A DNA stretch of 62,565 nt from Ignavibacteria bacterium (lineage in GTDB: Bacteria; Bacteroidota; Ignavibacteria; UBA10030; UBA6906), in the NCBI GenBank assembly GCA_027295705.1, contig JAPUKJ010000091.1:1-62565 (forward strand), written 5' to 3'. The notes beneath the pieces are model-generated. The model worked only from the letters and a program-made list of their open reading frames with translations. It searched no databases and had not been told where the DNA came from. Position numbers and translations under genes: made by a program. This document shows, one piece after another, positions 39,467 to 48,474 of the stretch; positions within the stretch are counted from its first letter, which is position 1; each line of letters opens with the position of its first letter.

Positions 39467-40435
39467 ATGACTAAACACATACGACCGCGCGTTGCATTTA
39501 CGGTTGTCTTTCTCACATCCGTATTCTTCCTGATGGGATGCTACACCCAGGTTGGGACTACAAGATCAGAGACGGATAGCGACTACTATTATTCAGAGAA
39601 CGAGGAAGTATCTGAATATGTAGATGAAGAGTACCAGTACGGTGATGATTCCACAAACATCGGCAGCACTGACTACTATTATGATGACTACGACTATCCT
39701 AGGCATCGATTCTTTTTTAGTTATTATTATCCATCGTACTATTGGGGTGCTTCGTACTATCCGTGGTACTGGGGGTGGTGCGGCTATTATTTGTATGACC
39801 CATACTATCTAGCGTTTTACCCTTACTACGGAGGCTATTATGGTCACTTCTCCCGTATTCACGTTGGTCATTTTGTTCAGCATCATTCCTTTAGGTTTAG
39901 AGGCGGTCACGGTGTAACGAGAACCATTGGCACTACACGGGGGACGGGTGGTACGCGTGGCAGAGGTAGTGGCTATCGGGGCCGAACTGAGGGAAGAGAC
40001 CTTCCCACTGGAGTACGTTCTCCGTCATCCACGGGCAGGAGATCGGGCTCTTCTTCGGTAGGAACGAGAACCTCGAAAGGGAGCGAAGTCAAAGGACAGA
40101 GAGGATCGCGCCGCGGATCCGTCTCTCGTGGTGGTAAGGCAAGAACCACTGTGAAAAAGGGAACGCGTCGCGGCTCGGTTACTCGTGGGAAGAGTGCTCG
40201 AACCGGTGGGAGAAAGGGAAGGAGTATAAGCCAGCGGAGGCCCGGTCGTCCTGCAGTGTCACCGACTCGTAAAGGCGCTAGCAGGATCAGAGCTGGTGGA
40301 AGCCGGTCTCCAGGTGGTCGCTCGTTTACAGCCCCACGATCGTCTTCCCCGCCTCGATCAAGTCCTCCACGGAGCGCACGGAGCGGCGGAGGAGCACGTG
40401 GTAGTGGTGGTTCCCGTGGTGGGGCACGCCGATAG
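39467..40435 (+). CDS. Predicted lipoprotein with acidic/Tyr block, aromatic Y/W/F/P/G core and long R/G/S-rich basic tail
   Basis: ATG 39467 with GAGG 8 nt upstream. MTKHIRPRVAFTVVFLTSVFFLMGC is a signal peptide plus lipobox-like LMGC. See findings for composition. No recognisable family. Confidence 0.6.
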   Translation: MTKHIRPRVAFTVVFLTSVFFLMGCYTQVGTTRSETDSDYYYSENEEVSEYVDEEYQYGDDSTNIGSTDYYYDDYDYPRHRFFFSYYYPSYYWGASYYPWYWGWCGYYLYDPYYLAFYPYYGGYYGHFSRIHVGHFVQHHSFRFRGGHGVTRTIGTTRGTGGTRGRGSGYRGRTEGRDLPTGVRSPSSTGRRSGSSSVGTRTSKGSEVKGQRGSRRGSVSRGGKARTTVKKGTRRGSVTRGKSARTGGRKGRSISQRRPGRPAVSPTRKGASRIRAGGSRSPGGRSFTAPRSSSPPRSSPPRSARSGGGARGSGGSRGGARR

Positions 40436-40471
40436 ATGACGATTCAAATGTCGCAACACTTTGGAGATTAA

Positions 40472-41932
40472 ATGAGCAAGAAGAGATTTGATAGCACAAC
40501 TAGGAGAACCTGGTTCCTTACTTTTATTGCGTTGAGTGTTGTTGCTGCACAGAGCTACGCCCAATTTCCGGAAGATGCACTTCGCTTTGCAACGCCAGGA
40601 GTAGGCGTTGGCGCACGCTCGTTGGGAATGGGAAACGCTTACACTGGCGTGGCAAGCGATTTCAGTGCCATCTACTGGAATCCAGCGGGGCTTGCGCAGA
40701 TGGAACACGGAGAGTTTTCGCTTGGTCTTTCACAACTAAATTACAAGGGTAAAGGTACCTTTTTTGGTGGAAGTAATTCGCTGGCCAACAACGCAACGAA
40801 CCTGAATTCGCTTGGCCTAGTGTATCCAGTTCCAGTTCACAAAGGTAGCCTTGTGCTCGCATTCGGCTATGCTCGCCAAAGCAACTTCACGACCGGGCTT
40901 TCTTTCGAAGGATTTAATCCCAACAGCAGTATCATCCAAACATTTGCCCGAGATGGAGCATCTTTTCCCTCCGATTTGTCTGATAACCTTGCATACCAGC
41001 TGTTCTTGTCTGATATTGATACAGTCAATGGAACTTTTATCAGTCCAATACGCGATCGGGTAACGCAAATTGGTCGTGTTCTCGAGGGCGGCGGTCTCAA
41101 TAACTGGTCAGTTGCAGGTGCCGTGGACATCGGTAGAGATCTCTCAGCAGGACTTACATTGACGTATCTATCAGGTAGCTACAAGTACGAAAGAGAATAT
41201 ACAGAACAGGACAATGATGCCAGCCATACAGTATTTCCGTTCGATTTTGATCAGCTTACCATAGATGAATTCGTTGAGAGTGACATAAGTGGTGTTAATG
41301 CAAAACTCGGACTGCTGTATCGGGTCCCGTCTCGTTTCAGGTTTGGCATCGGTGTAAAGACGCCGACCTCATTTCACGTTAGGGAAGATTTTGGCACCAC
41401 AGCCAGCAGCTTTTTTGATGATGGCGCTGTCTTTCCAACTGACGGGCCGTTCGAAAGCTTTGCGTCTGGTGAATATGATGTCATCACACCCTGGGTCTTC
41501 AGCGGCGGCTTATCGGTGATCATCCGGGACCTTGTTCTTTCGGGTGATGTGGAGTATACCGATTGGACACAGCTTGAATTCGACGACGCAAATCCAGACG
41601 TAATTGCTCTCAATAAGGATATTAAAGAGATATTTCGTGCAACGGCGAACTTGAGGGTCGGTCTTGAGTATGATATCAGGAAATACGGCGTCCGCGTTCG
41701 TGGGGGGTTCATCTATAATACTTCACCATATGAGCAGGATCGGTCTTCAGCATTCGATCAGAAGTACGTGACAGGTGGGCTTGGTATCTTGCTCAGTGGA
41801 TCGACCATGCTTGACATCGCGTATGCACGCGGATGGTGGCAAACTGATCGCGTAAACTATGATGGCACCTCACGTGTGGATGAAAAGATAACAACAAACA
41901 ATTTCTTGGCAACGGTCTCATATCGCTTCTAG
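40472..41932 (+). CDS. Outer-membrane beta-barrel, FadL/TodX/PorV-like
   Basis: Signal peptide (...VVAAQSYAQ). GARSLGMGNAYTGVASDFSAIYWNPAGLAQ is the N-terminal hatch motif of FadL-like barrels. C-terminal OMP signature ...LATVSYRF. Confidence 0.65.
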   Translation: MSKKRFDSTTRRTWFLTFIALSVVAAQSYAQFPEDALRFATPGVGVGARSLGMGNAYTGVASDFSAIYWNPAGLAQMEHGEFSLGLSQLNYKGKGTFFGGSNSLANNATNLNSLGLVYPVPVHKGSLVLAFGYARQSNFTTGLSFEGFNPNSSIIQTFARDGASFPSDLSDNLAYQLFLSDIDTVNGTFISPIRDRVTQIGRVLEGGGLNNWSVAGAVDIGRDLSAGLTLTYLSGSYKYEREYTEQDNDASHTVFPFDFDQLTIDEFVESDISGVNAKLGLLYRVPSRFRFGIGVKTPTSFHVREDFGTTASSFFDDGAVFPTDGPFESFASGEYDVITPWVFSGGLSVIIRDLVLSGDVEYTDWTQLEFDDANPDVIALNKDIKEIFRATANLRVGLEYDIRKYGVRVRGGFIYNTSPYEQDRSSAFDQKYVTGGLGILLSGSTMLDIAYARGWWQTDRVNYDGTSRVDEKITTNNFLATVSYRF

Positions 41933-41971
41933 ACCCTGAGTTTGCAAGAATAGGGGGTATTAGATATATTG

Positions 41972-42004
41972 AAGTCCATCTTTTTGATGGACTTTTTTTG
42001 TTTT
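41972..42004 (+). terminator. Rho-independent terminator
   Basis: AAGTCCATC (41972-41980) / TTTTT / GATGGACTT (41986-41994), followed by a T-rich run (TTTTTTGTTTT). Confidence 0.85.
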
Positions 42005-42021
42005 CTTTATAGGTGTGACCG

Positions 42022-44439
42022 TTGACCACGAGAGTAAAAGTCTTCATCGGTTTGGCTGGTGTTTTGGTTGTTGTCGGCATCGCTGGATTTTACTTTCTTC
42101 GTTACCAAATTCAAAAATCCTTTCCAATTACCTCTGGCACAATCTCGGTTGCTGGATTAGATGAACATGTTGATGTCTTGCGCGACGAGTATGGTGTTCC
42201 GCTAATAAGGGCCCGGAATGAGCACGACCTGTTTTTCGCGCTTGGTTTTGTACATGCACAAGACCGTCTCTGGCAGATGGATGTGGTGCGGCGGGCTGGC
42301 GAGGGCAGGTTGTCTGAGCTATTCGGTGATGTTACGGTACCTTTTGACAGGATGTTCCGTATCATTGGTATCAGGATGATTGCACAGGATATTTTGGAGA
42401 GTCTCTCGTCGGAGTCGAAGAAAAGCCTTCAGTCGTATTCGGAGGGGGTGAATGCATTTATCAACATGAACAAGGGCAAATACCCGGTTGAGTTCGATCT
42501 TCTGGGCTATGTCCCAGAACCCTGGCTACCGTTACATAGCGTTGTCATTATGAGGTTAATGGCCTGGGAACTGAATCTATCCTGGTGGACAGACCTCACA
42601 TTGGGCGCGATTGTGGAACGGGTAGGTCTGGAAAAAGCACTCGACATATTTCCGTCATATCCCGAAAATGTTCAGCCGATCATTCCACGCGGTGAATGGC
42701 GTAAGTTTGTAGATCTTGGATCTGAGTTCGTGAGGACAGGGCAGTCTGTCCGCGAATTCCTGGGACTTGGGGAAACACTTGGCGGCAGCAACGCCTGGGT
42801 GGTTGCGCCATCCAAATCAGCTTCAGGCAATGTGATCTTGGCAAATGACACCCATCTCCATTTACAAACTCCGTCGAAATGGTATGAAGTACAGTTGCGT
42901 GCGCCTGGATGCAACGTCACCGGTATGTCTATTGCTGGTATTCCCGCGGTAGTTGTTGGAAGTAATGAGTATATCGCATGGGGCTTGACCAACCTTATGG
43001 CAGATGACGCCGACTTCTATATAGAGCGCATCGATTCTACTGATACCACAAAATATCTTTACGATGGTCAATGGCAATCCGTCATCTATCGGCAAGAAGA
43101 GATCCATATCAAAGGTGATAGCGTTGTCCCTGTCATCATCCGCTCTACACACCACGGTCCCATTGTTACTGACATTCATACAGGTCTTAAGACGGCTCAG
43201 TATCCATTTGTTGCAAGTATGCGCTGGACAGGATTCGAGATCAGTGATGAGTTTAAAGCTTTCTACAAGATTAACCGAGCGCGTAACTGGGATGAATTCA
43301 TAGCAGGCGTCAGAGACTTCACTACACCAGGACTAAATTTCGTCTATGGTGATGTGGACGGCAACATAGGCTACTGGTGCGGTGTAAGACTTCCCATACG
43401 TGGAAAGCAAGCCAGCACGCTGCCTCTACCGGGATGGGATAAATCTGTTGAATGGAAAGGTTTCGTTCCGTTCGAGAAGCTTCCACATCTTTATGATCCA
43501 CCGGAAGGGTATATTGCAAGTGCGAACAACAAACTTGTCGATGACGCCTACCCGTACCACATCTCCGATCTTTGGGAACCCCCATCGAGGATTGTCCGGA
43601 TTCGGGAGGTCCTTGGTAGGAGTGAACTATTTTCGGTCGAGGATTTCGAGCGGTTGCAGAATGACAAGTTTTCGCACCTTGCCAAAGATATTGTTCCATA
43701 CATCATTAATGTCGTTCAAGACACCACATTCGATCTTCCAGACAGAGAATTAGTGTTTGCATATTTGCGGAATTGGAATTTCGAGTTTGCCAAAGAGGAA
43801 ATTGCAAACACTATTTTTCAGCAAGTCTTTGTTAGATTGCTGGAGAATATATACAAAGATGAAATGGGGAGCGCTTTATTTCATGACTTTGTGATTCTTG
43901 CCAACATTCCGATACGTACAACAACGAAACTTGTCGAGGAAGGGACGTCACCTTGGTTTGATGATGCGGGAACGGATGCTGTGGAGTCGAGAGACGACAT
44001 CATAAGAAGAAGCTTAGTTGAAGCAGTGGCGTCACTTCGAGAACACTTTGGCGGTGAGATGAAGACGTGGCAGTGGGGGGACCTACACACTGTAACGCTA
44101 AAGCATCCATTTGGTCTACGAAAGCCACTTGATAAGATTTTTAACATTGGGCCATTTCCGTATGGAGGCGGCCCGACGTCACTCGTTAGCGGCGAGTACA
44201 GCTACAACAATCCTTTTGCAGTGACGGTTGGTGCATCGTTCCGAACCATTGTGGATTTGTCAAAGCCACATTCAATTCGAAGCGTGCTGCCTTCGGGTCA
44301 ATCAGGGCAAGCATTTCATAGGCACTATGAGGACCAAACGCAACTCTGGCTGAATGGCGCTTACCGAACACTAAGATCAGACAGTGCGTACATTGCACGG
44401 GAACAGTGGGATCATTTGAGGTTAGTACCTGTTCAATGA
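42022..44439 (+). CDS. Penicillin acylase-family Ntn hydrolase (penicillin/AHL/cephalosporin acylase-like)
   Basis: N-terminal TM/signal; DEYGVPLIRA..HDLFFALGFVHAQDRLWQMD. Predicted autoprocessing site GG/SNAWVVAPSKSASG (Ser nucleophile). 805 aa. Confidence 0.9.
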   Translation: MTTRVKVFIGLAGVLVVVGIAGFYFLRYQIQKSFPITSGTISVAGLDEHVDVLRDEYGVPLIRARNEHDLFFALGFVHAQDRLWQMDVVRRAGEGRLSELFGDVTVPFDRMFRIIGIRMIAQDILESLSSESKKSLQSYSEGVNAFINMNKGKYPVEFDLLGYVPEPWLPLHSVVIMRLMAWELNLSWWTDLTLGAIVERVGLEKALDIFPSYPENVQPIIPRGEWRKFVDLGSEFVRTGQSVREFLGLGETLGGSNAWVVAPSKSASGNVILANDTHLHLQTPSKWYEVQLRAPGCNVTGMSIAGIPAVVVGSNEYIAWGLTNLMADDADFYIERIDSTDTTKYLYDGQWQSVIYRQEEIHIKGDSVVPVIIRSTHHGPIVTDIHTGLKTAQYPFVASMRWTGFEISDEFKAFYKINRARNWDEFIAGVRDFTTPGLNFVYGDVDGNIGYWCGVRLPIRGKQASTLPLPGWDKSVEWKGFVPFEKLPHLYDPPEGYIASANNKLVDDAYPYHISDLWEPPSRIVRIREVLGRSELFSVEDFERLQNDKFSHLAKDIVPYIINVVQDTTFDLPDRELVFAYLRNWNFEFAKEEIANTIFQQVFVRLLENIYKDEMGSALFHDFVILANIPIRTTTKLVEEGTSPWFDDAGTDAVESRDDIIRRSLVEAVASLREHFGGEMKTWQWGDLHTVTLKHPFGLRKPLDKIFNIGPFPYGGGPTSLVSGEYSYNNPFAVTVGASFRTIVDLSKPHSIRSVLPSGQSGQAFHRHYEDQTQLWLNGAYRTLRSDSAYIAREQWDHLRLVPVQ

Positions 44440-45221
44440 ACATCAAATTCTCAGAACGTTTGTTGTCGCGGCTTGCTGCAGCTGACGCAGTAGTTGCATT
44501 TACAGGTGCGGGTGTCTCTGCCGAAAGCGGAGTTCCAACATTTCGCGGCACGGACGGTATCTGGGCTAAATTCAAGCCGGAAGAGCTGGCCAATGTTGAT
44601 GCTTTTATGAGGAACCCAGCACTTGTGTGGGAATGGTATGCCGCCCGCAAAAAGATTATTGCAGCTATCACGCCAAATGCCGGCCATTACGCGCTTGTAC
44701 AGTTGGAGCGCCTGTTTTCATCATTTGCAGTTATCACGCAGAATATCGATAACCTCCACAGGCGCGCTGGCAGCTCTCGGGTGTATGAGTTGCACGGAAA
44801 CATCGAGCGCAACTACTGCATGAAGTGCGGTGTGGACTATTCAAACGCTGATATATTGAGCATGACGGAGGTACCAGTTTGTTCGCGCTGTGGCGGGTTA
44901 GTTCGACCTGATGTTGTATGGTTTGGTGAACTGCTGCCAGAGGAGGAGTGGAATCACTCTGTGCGCGCTGTGGAATCGGCGGACGTGATGCTTTCAATTG
45001 GAACATCAAGTGTTGTGCATCCTGCTGCAGGATTGCCAATTCTTGCGAAACACAGCGGTGCATTTCTTGTCGAAATCAATCCAGAGCGGACGTTGCTGAC
45101 GGAAAACGTTGATGAATTTCTCAAAGGAACTTCTGCTGTTATTCTGCCCTTGTTGCTTGAACAGTTAGTTGCACTGGAAAAACAAGATCACCTCGCAAGA
45201 GAGAAAACTAAAAAGAGCTGA
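44436..45221 (+). CDS. cobB: NAD-dependent protein deacylase (Sir2/CobB)
   Basis: From ATG 44436: FTGAGVSAESGVPTFRG, QNIDNLHRRAG, HG; Zn ribbon C..C (CMKCG)...C..C (CSRCGG); GTSSVV. ATGA overlap with the acylase stop. Confidence 0.9.
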   Translation: MNIKFSERLLSRLAAADAVVAFTGAGVSAESGVPTFRGTDGIWAKFKPEELANVDAFMRNPALVWEWYAARKKIIAAITPNAGHYALVQLERLFSSFAVITQNIDNLHRRAGSSRVYELHGNIERNYCMKCGVDYSNADILSMTEVPVCSRCGGLVRPDVVWFGELLPEEEWNHSVRAVESADVMLSIGTSSVVHPAAGLPILAKHSGAFLVEINPERTLLTENVDEFLKGTSAVILPLLLEQLVALEKQDHLAREKTKKS

Positions 45222-46654
45222 TGATGGAGGGAAGAACGAAGATTGTATGCACTGTTGGGCCTTCCACCAACACAGTGGAGATACTAGTGGGTTTGATCAA
45301 AGCTGGCATGGATGTGATACGGTTGAATTTTTCGCATGGTACGCACCAGGATCATCGAAAAACGCTCGACAGCATTTGTGAAGCGACGAAGAGAACTGGA
45401 AGGGAGCTGGCTGTTGTCCAAGATCTTCAGGGTCCTAAGATTCGTGTAGGTGGTTTGAGTGCTCCCTCCGTTGAGCTGAGATCTGGCAGCCAGTTTGTTC
45501 TCACAACTGAGCGAATCATCGGTGATGCCAAGCGTGTATCAACCAACTATGCCAACCTTACGAAGGATGTGCAACCTGGCGACATTATTCTCCTCGACGA
45601 TGGTAGGCTACTCCTTCGCGTTGTGGAGATTAATCAACATGACGTATTGTGTGAAGTTGAAGTGGGCGGAAAGCTCTCCGCCAATAAGGGCATCAATCTT
45701 CCCGGCACCTCAATAAGCGCCCCATCACTTACAGAGAAGGATATTCAGGATCTCGAGTTTGGCATCCAAAATGATGTGGACTATGTCGCGCTTTCCTTTG
45801 TTCGAACTGCTGATGACATTCGGAAGTTGCGAAAAGCGATTACCAATCGAGTTGAGGAAGGACATCTCCTTCCGATCATCGCCAAGATTGAAAAACCACA
45901 AGCCGTTGACAACATCGATGAGATCATTGCTAAGGCGGACGGCATTATGGTTGCGCGGGGGGATTTGGGGGTTGAAATGCCACCCGAGGACGTTCCAATG
46001 CTGCAAAAGATGATTATCAAGAAATGCAACCGGGTTGGCAAACCAGTTATCATTGCAACTCAGATGCTTGAATCGATGATACACAGTCCAGCGCCCACTC
46101 GTGCAGAGGCAAGTGATGTTGCCAATGCGGTCGTAGACGGTGGTGATGCCTTAATGTTAAGTGGTGAGACATCAGTGGGGGAGTATCCAATCCAGGCAGT
46201 TCAAATCATGGATAGGATAATCAGAAAGATGGAATCGGAAAAGGTCAGTCCTGCTCGTGTGGTCGAACAAGACTTGAGCATTATTGATGACCGCCTTGAT
46301 GCTCTCGGTCGCTCAGCGTGTGTGCTGGCTGAACAGATGAATGCGTCAGCAATCGTGACCGTAACACACTCGGGCGAAACGGCTAAGGTGGTTTCGCGCT
46401 ATAGACCCCGTGCGAAAATCATTGCGATAACGGATAGAACAAGAATCCTGCGCCACCTCAACCTTGTCTGGGGCGTGAACGGTCTAGTGGTTGAGGATCT
46501 GAAGGACGATTCCGACAAAGCACTGGAGAAAATTCAGAAGCGTCTGGTAACCACAGGATTGATCAAGAGAGGAGAGTATGTTGTGACGCTGGCGGGGTTG
46601 CCTTTTTTTGCGCGCGGTTCTGCAAACTTCATAAAAGTGGAGCAAATCGTTTAA
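45221..46654 (+). CDS. pyk: Pyruvate kinase
   Basis: KIVCTVGPS, GMDVIRLNFSHG, MVARGDLGVEMP, ATQMLESM, ALMLSGETSVG. The ATG shares one base with the cobB TGA. Confidence 0.96.
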   Translation: MMEGRTKIVCTVGPSTNTVEILVGLIKAGMDVIRLNFSHGTHQDHRKTLDSICEATKRTGRELAVVQDLQGPKIRVGGLSAPSVELRSGSQFVLTTERIIGDAKRVSTNYANLTKDVQPGDIILLDDGRLLLRVVEINQHDVLCEVEVGGKLSANKGINLPGTSISAPSLTEKDIQDLEFGIQNDVDYVALSFVRTADDIRKLRKAITNRVEEGHLLPIIAKIEKPQAVDNIDEIIAKADGIMVARGDLGVEMPPEDVPMLQKMIIKKCNRVGKPVIIATQMLESMIHSPAPTRAEASDVANAVVDGGDALMLSGETSVGEYPIQAVQIMDRIIRKMESEKVSPARVVEQDLSIIDDRLDALGRSACVLAEQMNASAIVTVTHSGETAKVVSRYRPRAKIIAITDRTRILRHLNLVWGVNGLVVEDLKDDSDKALEKIQKRLVTTGLIKRGEYVVTLAGLPFFARGSANFIKVEQIV

Positions 46655-46678
46655 GTATTTGGATTTCAGTCCGAAAGA

Positions 46679-48439
46679 CTACCGTGTGACCGCACTCCAG
46701 CCTCTCTTCGATAGATCTCTATAGATCAACCATCCGGCCGCGAAGGCAATAGCGTAGAGCAACAAGCCAGTTGTTATGTCGCCGAAAATAACCTTTCCTG
46801 TTCCAAACAATGCCGTATAAACAAGTACGATACCGGCTAGCCAATTCAGGAAGAGACCGCCAAATCCTGAATCACCTTGTACGTCTGGGACTTTATTGGC
46901 GACGGGCCTCCACAGTAGGCCTCCTGGATGCACACGCCGATAGAACGTGACAAGTGTTGCCTCGTCAGTTGGCTTGGTGAGAAATGTTGCTCCAAGCCAG
47001 CAAAGAGTTGTGAATGCTACGATGACGAACAGTGATTCGGGGAATTGTATCCCTGTCTGAGTCTTGATAAATGCGATCGCGACGAACGGGGCAATCATCG
47101 CCACGATCTCCGACCAGGCATTTACCCGCCACCAATACCAGCGGAGAATAAGCACAAGCCCGAGCCCTGCCCCCGCTTCAAGGATGAATGCCCAAGCCCC
47201 CGTGATAGTTTGCATGTTTGCTGTAACAATTACCGAGACAACCATCATACCGATGGTTGCGACACGCGACACGAGTACGTAGTGCTTCTCACTTCTGCCC
47301 GACTTCATGAATCGCCTGTAAAAATCGTTTATCAGGTATGAAGTACCCCAGTTGAGATGTGTGTTGATTGTGGACATATAGGCAGCCAAGAACGCTGCAA
47401 CCAGCAAGCCGAGAAAACCTGCTGGCAGATGGTCCCTCATTGCATAGACATAGCCAAGCTTCTTGTCAGCATCGCCTAATTCTGGATAGAGCACAAGGGT
47501 CACAAGTCCTGTGAGGATCCATGGCCAGGGACGCAAACAGTAATGTGCGACTGTGAACCAGAGTGTTGCGAGCAAGGAGTGTTTTTCATCTTTGGCTGAC
47601 ATCATCCGTTGCGCCACATAGCCACCGCCCCCCGGTTCGGCGCCGGGGTACGATGAGGCCCACCATTGAATTGCAATGTATGCGAAGAAAGCAGAAATTG
47701 TAAGACCCAGAGCTGTCCCGGCCCCATGGCCGTCTTCACCAATCTGTGGCAGGAACTGGAATGAAGAAGCAGGCAGCTTTTGCTGAAGGCCTGTGATTCC
47801 ACCTACCTCCGGAAGAGAAAGCACGACGACCGCGAGTACAATTGTGCCTCCCATTGCAATCACAAACTGAAAAACATCTGTTACTACCACCCCCCAGAGA
47901 CCTGACATGGCTGAATACACAGCGACGAGTGCCATGCATCCTACCACATACCAGAGGACACGCTCCGCTGGGATTCCAAACAGGCCTTGCAGAATACTCG
48001 CAAGTGCAAGGTTGACCCATCCCATAATAACACAGTTCATGAAGACACCAAGGTATAGTGCGCGGAAGCCGCGTAGGAAAGAGGCAGCCTTGCCTGAGTA
48101 CCGCAGCTCTGTCAGCTCTACATCGGTCAAGACCCCTGAACGTCTCCACAGTCGGGCGAAGAAAAACACAGTGAGCATTCCGCCAGATGCCATATTCCAC
48201 CAAAGCCAATTCCCTGCAATCCCCTTTGTGGTAACGAGCTCTGTCACTGCGAGCGGGGTATCGGCAGCAAATGTTGTTGCTACCATCGAGGTACCTGCCA
48301 GCCACCAAGGAAGGCTGCGACCCGAGAGGAAGAATTCGACTGTACTCCTGCCCGCCCGGCGTGAGTAGTAAATCCCTATGGCGGTACTGGCGACAAAGTA
48401 GAGGACAATAAGAAGCCAATCAATTGGTTGCAAGTGCAC
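46679..48439 (-). CDS. Sodium:solute symporter (SSS) family transporter
   Basis: 586 aa, ~13-14 TM. N-terminal DWLLIVLYFVASTAIGIYYSRRA..STVEFFLSGRSLPWW typical of the SSS family. Confidence 0.85.
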   Translation of the reverse strand: MHLQPIDWLLIVLYFVASTAIGIYYSRRAGRSTVEFFLSGRSLPWWLAGTSMVATTFAADTPLAVTELVTTKGIAGNWLWWNMASGGMLTVFFFARLWRRSGVLTDVELTELRYSGKAASFLRGFRALYLGVFMNCVIMGWVNLALASILQGLFGIPAERVLWYVVGCMALVAVYSAMSGLWGVVVTDVFQFVIAMGGTIVLAVVVLSLPEVGGITGLQQKLPASSFQFLPQIGEDGHGAGTALGLTISAFFAYIAIQWWASSYPGAEPGGGGYVAQRMMSAKDEKHSLLATLWFTVAHYCLRPWPWILTGLVTLVLYPELGDADKKLGYVYAMRDHLPAGFLGLLVAAFLAAYMSTINTHLNWGTSYLINDFYRRFMKSGRSEKHYVLVSRVATIGMMVVSVIVTANMQTITGAWAFILEAGAGLGLVLILRWYWWRVNAWSEIVAMIAPFVAIAFIKTQTGIQFPESLFVIVAFTTLCWLGATFLTKPTDEATLVTFYRRVHPGGLLWRPVANKVPDVQGDSGFGGLFLNWLAGIVLVYTALFGTGKVIFGDITTGLLLYAIAFAAGWLIYRDLSKRGWSAVTR

Positions 48440-48474
48440 TGTAGTATTCCAGAAGTAATCTTACAATAACAAAA

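Noticed and set aside
44436-45221. SIR2 domain as an anti-phage defence effector
   Set aside because: The protein has the complete CobB-type deacylase layout, including the Zn ribbon, and is stop/start-coupled to pyruvate kinase. There are no defence-type partner genes.
47736-48419. 227-aa minus-strand ORF inside the first SSS transporter gene
   Set aside because: It is an alternative frame of a well-supported 586-aa transporter gene. The product is Cys/Arg/Gly-rich and non-membrane-like. It is a frame artefact.
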